DNA from: Eledone cirrhosa
Lineage: Eukaryota
NCBI GenBank assembly: GCA_964016885.1
Contig: OZ024757.1
Span: 20,708,001-20,772,000 of the forward strand
Direction: 5' to 3'
Length of the DNA: 64,000 nucleotides
Shown here: positions 55,111 through 64,000 of the stretch, in pieces
How the letters are laid out: every line of letters begins with the position of its first letter
Numbering within the stretch: position 1 is the stretch's first letter
The notes under the pieces: model-generated
Seen by the model: only the letters and a program-made list of their open reading frames with translations
Databases searched by the model: none
Told to the model about the DNA's origin: nothing
Position numbers and translations under genes: made by a program

Positions 55111-55489
55111 AATATAGTGAAACAAATTAACTTGCCTTCCATTCCATAGACTTATGGAGATTATTGGAGTGTTTTGGTTTTGTTAAAATGTTTGCCGAGG
55201 AAATGAAAATGGTAAATAAAATATCCTTCTCCAGAAAACTGCATGATTCATCGGTTTAGTGGTTACACTGCTCTGCTCATATATTATATACAAATAATTA
55301 TTATATATTTGGATATATATGTGTGCGTGTGCATGTATGTATGTATGTATGTATATATGTTGGAGTGTATATAATGTGTATTATATTATAAGAGTGAACG
55401 AAACAAAACGAGTAAACACACAGAGCAGTGTGGAAAATGAAAACCGAATAATTTGGTGAACAGCAAATATAATCAGACAGTCAGTCAGA

Positions 55490-55536
55490 CAGAGTGGCTG
55501 ACAGAGAGGGATAGGGGGAGGGGTGATTGATAGATG

Positions 55537-55568
<32 letters not shown>

Positions 55569-57220
55569 TGAGGGGTGATTGATAGGTGAGAGAAGAGAGA
55601 AGGGGTGATTGATAGATGATGGAAGAGAGGGGCGGGAGAGACAGAGAGTGAGAGAGTGAGAGAGAGACAGGATTAAGGGTGGAGGGGTGACTAGATTATG
55701 ACAGAAGGGGTCAGAGGATATGAGAGAAGAAATAGATGATAAGAGAGAGAGGGGGGGGGAGAAGGAAAATAAATGATAGAAGAGAGAGTGAGAGAGAAAA
55801 GAGAGGCATAAATAAGTATATGATGAAAGGGGCAGAGAGAGATCGGAAGGATAAATAGATGATGGAAGAGAGGGAGCAAAAGGGAGACTGAGAATTAGAG
55901 GGTGAGAAATAAGTGATGAGAGAGAGGGGGAGGGGATGAGAGAGTGAATGCGGTTTAGAAGGTGATAAGATGATGAGAGAGAGGGGAAACAAAAGAGAGG
56001 GAGAGAATGAATGATAATAGAGAGGAGGAAAAGAAAAAAGGAAATAAATAAAGAAATAAGGAGAGAGGGAAGAGAAAAAGGAGAGGAAGGGGAAAGAGAA
56101 AGGACAGGACCACAGCAGTACTGCTTGGTTAGGAAACTATTGAGGCACAATAAATAGATGGAAAGACAGATGGAAGGAGAGAGAGATGGCAGGAGAGATG
56201 GCAGGAGAGAAAGATGGAGTGAGAAAGATGGAGAAAGAGATGGAGAGAAAGATGGAGTGAGAAAGATGGAGAAAGAGATGGAGAGATGGAGAGAGATATG
56301 GCAGGATGGAGAGAGAGAGATGGGGAGAGAGAGATGGAGAGAGAGATGACAGGAGAGAGAGAGAGATGGGGAGAGATAGAGCGAGAGGGAGATGGAGAGA
56401 GAGATGACAGGAGAGTGAGATGGAGATAGAGATGAAAGGAGAGAGAGATGGAGATAGAGATGAAAGGAGAGAGAGATGGAGATAGAGATGAAAGGAGAGA
56501 GAGATGGAGAGAGAGATGACAGGAGAGAGAGATGGAGAGAGAGATGGAGAGAAAGATGGAGAGAGATGACAGGAGAGATGGAGAGAGATGACAGGAGAGA
56601 TGGAGAGAGATGACAGGAGAGATGGAGAGAGATGACAGGAGAGAGAGATGACAGGAGAGAGAGAGAGATGGGGAGAGAGATGGAGAGAGAGATGGAGAGA
56701 GAGAGAGATGGGGAGATGGATGGAGATGGAGAGAGAGATCCTATGTCTCTCTCTCTCTCTCTCTCAGTCTCCTTATCTCTCTCTCTCTCTCAGTTTCTCT
56801 CCCTCCCCCTCTCTCAGCCTCCCTATCTCTCTCTCTCTCAGTCTCCCTATCTTTCTTTCTCTCTCTCTCTCTGTCTCCCTATCTCTCTCTCTCTGCCTCA
56901 CTATGTCTTTCTCTCTCTCAGTCTCCCTATCTCTATATCTCTCTCTCTCAGTTTCCCTATCTCTCTCTCTCTCTCAGTCTCCCTATCTCTCTCTGTTTCA
57001 CTATGTCTTTCTCTCTCTCAGCCTCCCTATCTCTCTCTCTCTCTCAGTCTCCCTATCTCTCTCTGTCTCACTATCTCTCTCTCTCTCTCTCTCAGTCTCA
57101 CTATGTCTTTCTCTCTCTCAGCCTCCCTATCTCTCTCTCACAGGCTACCTATGTCTCCCTCTCTCGCCCCCTCTCTCTCTCTCAGTCTACCTATGTCTCT
57201 CACCATCTCTCTCTCTCACA
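55490..57220. repeat. Polypurine (GA-rich) block switching to a polypyrimidine (CT-rich) block
   Basis: Strand asymmetry flips at gatc 56737-56740. Confidence 0.9.
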
Positions 57221-57408
57221 CTCCATTAATTACTCCATTGTATTACAATCATTTCAGAGGGCAAAAATAGAATATATTGATCAGTAGACTAATCAATAGC
57301 AGTTATTCACCTCCAAACCATTAGCCTCGAAAAAACAACATAAAAAAAACATCCATTTTACCAACTACCTTTAGTAACATACATATCATCATATATATAT
57401 ATATATAT

Positions 57409-57610
57409 AGGAAACAGTATGACCCCGACGGCAGAGCTCAAGCCGTTTCAACGGCTATTTCTGGACTAAATTAGAATTCTAATTTAGTCCAGAAATAGCC
57501 GTCAAAACGGCTTGAGCTTTGCCGTCGGGGTCATACTTTTTCCTATTACCCACAGTATTGAGTACTCTGGTGCGTTATGGTCCATCTGGTTCCTTACCAC
57601 AATTCCTTCG

Positions 57611-57612
<2 letters not shown>
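57409..57612. mobile_element. Fold-back TA-inserted element, family P
   Basis: ~135-bp near-perfect palindrome centred on gaattc, plus family tail. Confidence 0.88.
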
Positions 57613-57667
<55 letters not shown>

Positions 57668-57953
57668 CAAATAACGAAACGAAATTAAATTTCGCTTCGT
57701 TTGTAACTCACTTTTGTATGACTGACGTTTAAACAATTAAGTTAAAAATGTACATCCACATATGTATACTGAAATATTAGTATGCATATGAATACACACA
57801 CGTGTACATATGTAGATGTACCGAGTTTTTCACTGGACACTTTACTGTGAGTGTTCAGCTATTCTGTATGTAAACACACAGTAAACCGGTTTTTAGAGTC
57901 ATACTGGTTTTCGAGGAAACACCTTTCCTCTATTCTCCAGAAAGCCAGACAGG

Positions 57954-57998
57954 AATATTGAACTAGTTTCGATGTTGTTACATCTCATCAGCAATATT
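57954..57998 (-). ncRNA. Type I hammerhead ribozyme, family G (cleanest fold)
   Basis: AAUAUUG-CUGAUGA-GAUGU aaca ACAUC-GAAA-CUAG-UU-CAAUAUU. Confidence 0.88.
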
Positions 57999-58248
57999 TA
58001 CCTATTCCGGCCTTTCTAGAGAATCGTAAAAGCACATATCGTTATATGCTTTTTCTATGAAAATTAGTAGTGGGCAGACTAATTTGCATAGAGCGTGAGT
58101 ACGTACCAGTTCAGCGGAGACGATAAAAACAAATAACGAAACGAAATTAAATTTCGCTTCGTTTGTAACTCACTTTTGTATGACTGACGCTTCATATGCA
58201 TACTAATATTTCAGTATACATATGTGGATGTACATTTTTAACTTAATT

Positions 58249-58301
<53 letters not shown>

Positions 58302-58376
58302 TATACTATCCAGAAAAAACTTGAACCGTTAAGGTATTTTTTCTTGGTTATGTCAAAATTTATAAAACAAACTTTG

Positions 58377-58437
58377 TATTTTATCTGATGAGAGCGTACC
58401 AAAGTTTTGGTACCCTTGAAATATATATAATAGAATA
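58377..58437 (+). ncRNA. Type I hammerhead ribozyme, family B (best stem II)
   Basis: UAUUUUAU-CUGAUGA-GAGcGUACCAAA gu UUUGGUACcCUU-GAAA-UAUAUA-UA-AUAGAAUA. Confidence 0.8.
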
Positions 58438-58491
58438 AATATGGTTTTATAAATATAGTTTCCATTTATTTAATATGATTGTATATATATG

Positions 58492-58888
58492 CGAGGGTAA
58501 TCCCAAAAGTAAGGTCTCCAAAGCGATGGGAACGCAGAGAAACTGTTTGTACGGCTGTTGGCAACATTGTTGTGATTGGTGCTCCCTTCACTCCCAAACA
58601 AGCATGCGTGCGCTTCGCTGGGATGCTCAATCTTGGCTTGGCAGCCGTTGAGAATGGAGCTCCCGTTGAACACTACCGCAGCCATGTGCGAATTTCGCGC
58701 AGTTATTATATAGAGGGCAATCCCAAAAGTAAGGTCTCCTTCCGAGGAAAACATGCGTAAAGATCGGCGGATCACTCTGGGTGCTCTCTGCCTTTTGGTT
58801 CCTGAGGTTTCCCGAAGCACCATCCACAGGATTTTAACGGAAAAGTTGCAATATCGGAAGGAGACCTTACTTTGGGGGATTGCCCTCG
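58492..58888 (+). mobile_element. Mariner-derived MITE with three TIR copies
   Basis: cgagggyaatcccaaaagtaaggtctcc at 58492 and ~58712, inverted at the 58888 end; transposase remnants CEFRAVI and DRRITL..VSRSTIHRILTEKLQYRK. Confidence 0.85.
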
Positions 58889-59021
58889 TATATATATATA
58901 TATATATATATAAAGATGGTCTGCGCATGTACAAAGATGCTATAGGGAAAAAGAAGTTGCCATTGGCTCATTGGCTGCTATGAGGAGCCCACCTTGTAAA
59001 ATGGTATTGCATTAAGGAATC

Positions 59022-59117
59022 CACAAGTCTGATGAGCTATTGATGAGCTATTGATTCCTGAATTAGGTCAATTGATACTGATTGAGCTGATTGATCCTGA
59101 AATGCACATCACATGTG
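59022..59117 (+). ncRNA. Hammerhead motif, family H (long, damaged stem II)
   Basis: CACAaGU-CUGAUGA-gcuauugau...-GAAA-UGcaCA-UC-ACaUGUG; relative at 44970-45063. Confidence 0.55.
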
Positions 59118-59170
59118 ATTAAACATAACGATCCTATATTGATACCTCATTCTTACTCCTTATATGTATA

Positions 59171-59506
59171 TATCATCATCATCATTTTACGTCCACTTTT
59201 CCCTGCTTGCAAGGGTGGGACAGGAACTGATTCTGGCTTGATTTCTACAGCTGGATGCCCTTCCTAACACCAACCTCATTTACAGTGAGTGCTGGGTGCT
59301 TTTTTCCGGGACACCTCCACGACCACTTTGCAGTGGAATGATAGGGACCCCAGTCCCTGTCATCTCATTTCTACAGCTGAGTAAACTGGAGCAATGTGAA
59401 ATAAAGTGTCTTGCTCAAGGACACAACACATCACCCGGTCTGAGAATTGAACTCACAACCTTTCGATTGCAAGCCCAATGCTCTAACCACTAAGCCATGT
59501 GCCTCC
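59171..59506 (-). mobile_element. SINE family B, full length
   Basis: Family consensus. Confidence 0.92.
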
Positions 59507-59770
59507 ATGTATATATATATTCACTTGCAAGTAAACAGTCTCATTACACTGTTTTTAGATGACCATTGTCTTCCTTTTGTTCTAGGGGTGACAGAGAGAA
59601 ACAATTGACAATGAATGAGAGAAACCCTTTGCCAAGATTGTGTACCTCTTTTTGATTGTTTCTCTGTCACCAACTAGAACAAAAGGATGACAATGGTCAT
59701 CTAAAAACATAGCATATTGTGGCTGTTTGCTTGCAGACGAATCAAATATTATTATTAGGCAGAGAGGTTT

Positions 59771-60146
59771 AGTGAATTGGCAGTATCGGTAGAGGGTCGG
59801 ACGCCATGCTTTGACGCATAGAGTTACGGCCCTTGCCATTCTGAGTTCAAATCCCGCCGAGGTTAACTTTGCCTTTCATCCTTACGGGGTCGATAAAATA
59901 AAGTACCAGTAATACACTGGGAAATTGCTGGCCTTGTGCCAAAAGTAGAAACAATTATTAGGCAGCATCGGTAGAGGGTCGGACGCCATGCTTTGAAGCA
60001 TAGAGTTACCTCCCTGTATGATCTGAGTTCAAATCCCGCCGAGGTTAACTTTGCCTTTCATCCTTACGGGGTCGATAAAATAAAGTACCAGTAATGCACT
60101 GGGTAATTGCTGGCCTTATGCCAAAAGTAGAAACAATTATTATTAT
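59771..60146 (+). mobile_element. Head-to-tail dimer of SINE family A
   Basis: Two full copies joined at attattaggcag (~59960). Confidence 0.92.
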
Positions 60147-60203
60147 TTGATATAGAACTCATGAATATATATACATACATATACATATATATAGTATATA
60201 TAT

Positions 60204-60591
60204 GATGGCTGCCTCCTCGTTATCGAGTATGGCCATTGCACGATATACCATTATTAATAATTATCAATTAATTCTATCGTGCAATGCCTGCGTGAAGATA
60301 TCTTTTAAAGTGAGGTAAGACTGTGCACTGAGCCAATCCCACTCTCTGAGCGACAGTAGCTGCGACTCAAAAGGAAGAAAAGATCAACATGATTGGCAAC
60401 TACTGAGTTGCGGGTTTTATGTCGGGGTTATCCCAGTTTCTAGTTTCCTGAGTTGCCTCCTCCTAGAAGAATGCCCTGACAAAGACTAGGGGTCCTTCAC
60501 TCCCAGTGGTTTAACCACGCGGTACATGTGTATATACATATTTGCACACTTTTGGATGGCCGTTGACTCTTATCAGTTCTTCCGCCCTTTG
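60204..60591 (-). mobile_element. Internally deleted RTE-type element related to 17743-18308
   Basis: Shared gagtcaayggccatccaaaa, ctaggagragg and 3' ggccrtactcga.aacgag...ggcagcc. Confidence 0.6.
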
Positions 60592-60623
<32 letters not shown>

Positions 60624-60842
60624 TAATAAATACAATATCGGAGAAAGCTTTTTAGCGATACTCCGGCCAAATTCCAACTCACTCAACAAACATTAGGAAA
60701 TAAGTGATTATATTCCCAATTATGTGCTCGGGGTGCTAACTAAAAGTATTGCGTGGAAAGTTGGCTGTATTATTTCAAATGAGATGTATCTAATATAAAT
60801 AGTAATAAATTTGAAGACTAAAATCCAAAGAGGGCTCGAGTT

Positions 60843-60893
60843 AGTTTCAGAAGATCCCGTTAAGGGTGAAAGCAGCGATTCCTTGCTTAAACT
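60843..60893 (+). ncRNA. Hammerhead motif, family K (core U4A)
   Basis: AGUUU-CAGAAGA-uCCC guuaa GGGu-GAAA-GCAG cgauucc UUGC-UU-AAACU. Confidence 0.55.
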
Positions 60894-61160
60894 TTAATCT
60901 GTTATTTTAATAAATATATATATATATATATAAATGAAAATAGAGAAATTAATGTAAGGAAAATGCCAACAATACCATCAAGATAAAAAAATGTTTAATG
61001 TAAAATGAGGGAAAAGTAATACAATCTTAATTTAAAACAAATCAAGAAGAAAAACTTTATCCTCAGACTTTGTGTAAGTTTGGGAAAAAGCAGTACAATC
61101 TTAACTCAAAATAAAATCAAGAAGAAATACTTAACCGTCAATTTGGGGAAAACTACAAAT

Positions 61161-61240
61161 GCACTATATAGTCTTAAAAGACTATTTCACGAAACTTTTC
61201 AGTGGGGTTAGTCACGGTTGGGGTCGATCTTCAGTAGTGC
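61161..61240 (-). ncRNA. Type I hammerhead motif, family I
   Basis: GCACUA-CUGAAGA-uCGA...UCGu-GAAA-UAGUCUU uu AAGACUA-UA-UAGUGC. Confidence 0.72.
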
Positions 61241-61291
61241 TCGACGCATTAACTAGATCTTAACTGCTAAAATGCCGGAGGGGAATTAAAA

Positions 61292-61339
<48 letters not shown>

Positions 61340-61424
61340 AAAAGGTAAACAGAATTATCAACACAATTGGTACAGTATTTGGAAGGGATATATTAGGTTA
61401 ACACTTGATATAGCAGGAAGAGGG

Positions 61425-61464
61425 TCTTAACGTTTTGGACGCTCGCTAGTCCTTCATCAGAAGA
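61425..61464 (-). ncRNA. Hammerhead family A, probably inactive (GAAA to AAAA)
   Basis: UCUU-CUGAUGA-A-GGAC uagcgagc GUCC-AAAA-C-GUU-AAGA. Confidence 0.7.
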
Positions 61465-61531
61465 AAGAATGAGAAATAAGATAGATTGAGGGGACAGGCG
61501 GGGTGGAATTGGAAAAAATGTCTTTAGATAA

Positions 61532-61567
<36 letters not shown>

Positions 61568-61665
61568 ACGTAGTAAGGATGTGTAGTAGAAATAATGGGA
61601 GGATGGTGATGAGGAGTTAAGTGTTCAGCATAAGGGTACTATGAAAAGATGTCATTCATTTATTA

Positions 61666-62192
61666 TGGTGGGTAGAGTGTTGGATGGGTGGGTCGGGTGT
61701 AGAGTATGGTGGGTAGAGTGTAGGGGTAGGTGGGGTGGGGTAGAGTGTAGAGGTGGGTGGGGTAGAGTATGGTGGGCAGAGTGTAGCAGTGGGTGGGGCA
61801 GAGTGTAAGGTGGGTGGGATGGGGTAGAGTGTAGAAGTGGGTGGGGTGGGGGTAGGGTAGAGTATGGTGGGCAGAGTGTAGCAGTGGGTGGGGCAGAGTG
61901 TAAGGTGGATGGGGTGGGGTAGAGTGTAGAAGTGGGGTAGAGTGTAGAGGTGGGTGGGGTGGGGTCGAGTGTAGAAGTGGGTGGGTGGGGTAGAGTGTAG
62001 AAGTGGGTGGAGTGGGGTAGAGTGTAGAAGTGGGTGGAGTGGGGTAGAGTGTAGAAGTGGGTGGGGTGGGGTAGAGTGTAGAAGTGGGTGGGGTGGGGTA
62101 GAGTGTAGAGGTGGGTGGAGTGGGGTAGAGTGGAGAGGTGGGTGGGGTGGGGTAGAGTGGAGAGGTGGTTGGGGGTAGAGTGGCTGGGGTGA
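61666..62192. repeat. G-rich minisatellite (G4-prone)
   Basis: gtggggtagagtgtagaagtgggtgg repeats. Confidence 0.9.
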
Positions 62193-62479
62193 GGTAGATT
62201 TAAGAGGTTGAACTTTTTGAAATTACTCTGGAAATACATTAAATTATATAAAATAACAAAACATAAACAAATAAAATAAAATGAAATGAAATGAAAGAAA
62301 TTATTGGTATTTGAAGTTAATTAGAATTTAAAATTTTGGACCAATAATTACTGATTAACGAACATGCAAAGTAAGACTAACGATACTTGAAGGGTGTCTA
62401 TCAGAGACTTAAAGAGATGGACAAAATAACTATAGCAAAACATTGATTCCTCTACTTGTTTCAGTCATTAGACTGTGAC

Positions 62480-62790
62480 CATACTGGGGCACTGAAAGGA
62501 TCTCCAATGAGGAATTACTAGGTAGATACCAACAGGAGAATATGTCAGTAATCCTTCTGAGAAGTTGGAAGTGGATAAGACATGATCTGAGAAGGTAACA
62601 AGATAAGATGGCAAGAAGAGCCCTTCATTGGACAGGCAGGTGGAAATGACCTGACACAGGTGAGAGAGAGAGAGAGATGAAGATCTGACAACATTAATGG
62701 GGTACTATCCAGAAGCTGCCCAGCACAAGACAGGATTGGGGGACCTTCATTACTGCCCTACATGCCAGTGGCCATAACTGGCAGTAGATA
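62480..62790 (+). mobile_element. Old RTE-like LINE 3' fragment
   Basis: WKWIRHDLR..MARRALHW and WGTI..QDWGTFITALHASGH remnants. Confidence 0.55.
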
Positions 62791-62975
62791 GATACTGAAA
62801 GGGATTTAGTCAATCATATCAGCCCTAGTAATTAATTTTTTTAAAGATTAGTATTTATTTTATCGATTAAGATTTTTGTGATAAACTTAAATCAAATGAT
62901 GCATGTGTGGTATCACAGATAATGTGTGTTTATGTTTATGTATGTGTGTTTTCTCTCATCATCATCACCATTTAA

Positions 62976-63286
62976 CTCTTTAGTATTCACATTACTCTAT
63001 ATATACCATTATATTTTCATGGTAAAGGCTTCACCTCACATAATATCTCACATAATATCGAATCTATGAGATTTTGAAAGTATTTATTTTGAGAACAATA
63101 CCTTTACATCAGTTTGAGCGACCAGTTACAGCCAGTTTCAACAGAATGAAGTAGAGAATTCTGGCCGGTTTTGGCCGGTTTGAACACTAAAGGGTTAACA
63201 TCAGTTTGAGTGCCCAGTTACAGCCAGTTTCAACAGAAAAAGGTAGAGAATTCTGGTCGGTTTTGCCCGGTTTGAACATTAAAGGG
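62976..63286 (+). mobile_element. Unexpanded piggyBac-type MITE (62976-63194) plus duplicated right end
   Basis: TTAA|CTCTTTAG...CTAAAGGG|TTAA with a single copy of the 72-bp unit; second right TIR and TTAA at 63281-63290. Confidence 0.88.
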
Positions 63287-63609
63287 TTAATGTCTATTTC
63301 CCATGCTTTTTGGAGATAAATGAGTTGTCACATTCTGAGGTAAGAACAGTTGGGTGACCTCATCTTACTTGGTCCATTCTTGGCATGGTTTCTATGGCTA
63401 GATGCCCTTCCTAATGCCAACCACTTTACAGAGTGAACTGAGAGCATGGCTTCTATGGCTGGATATTTTCTCAACACCAACCATTTTACAGCATGTACTG
63501 GGAACATGGGTTTCTAAAGCTGAATACCTTTTCTAATGCCAACCACCTTACAGAATGGACTGGGTGCTTTTTTACAATCATACATGGTGGGCTGGGAGTT
63601 TTTTTTTTT

Positions 63610-64000
63610 TTATCATAGCACCACTATTACCAACAACCTTATAAAAGGGACAGGTTGCTTTTTATCATGGCACCAATATTACCAACAACCTTACAAAAGG
63701 GACAGGTTGCTTTTTATCATGACACCAGTATTACCAACAACCTTACAAAAGGGACAGGTTGCTTTTTATCATAGCACCACTATTACCAACAACCTTATAA
63801 AAGGGACAGGTTGCTTTTTATCATGACACCAGTATTACCAACAACCTTACAAAAGGGACAGGTTGCTTTTTATCATAGCACCAGTATTACCAACAACCTT
63901 ATAAAAGGGACAGGTTGCTTTTTATCATGGCACCAGTATTACCAACAACCTTACAAAAGGGACAGGTTGCTTTTTATCATGACACCAGTATTACCAACAA
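63610..64000. repeat. 52-bp tandem repeat running off the window end
   Basis: tatcatgacaccagtattaccaacaaccttacaaaagggacaggttgctttt; preceded by SINE B-like core repeats at 63385-63575. Confidence 0.93.

Overview
AT-rich, microsatellite-dense eukaryotic non-coding DNA with no credible intact host gene. The SINE and microsatellite make-up resembles a cephalopod (octopus-like) genome; that assignment is inference. Almost all listed ORFs are artefacts of tandem repeats. Content: two abundant tRNA-derived SINE families; fragments of RTE, CR1-like and CRE-like LINEs; a DD37D (maT) Tc1/mariner relic; a mariner MITE; TTAA-flanked piggyBac-type MITEs; a Helitron; a solo LTR; and several satellites, including an 8.4-kb 65-bp array, most of which grew out of transposon internal segments. 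The main signal is about 19 type I hammerhead ribozyme motifs (intact and decayed) from about 11 unrelated sequence families. Nearly all lie in short cassettes embedded in (TA)n tracts, and many have palindromic stem III and fold-back or inverted ends. This suggests a diverse community of Penelope-like or retrozyme elements that target TA microsatellites. All RNA folds were done by eye and no activity was tested.
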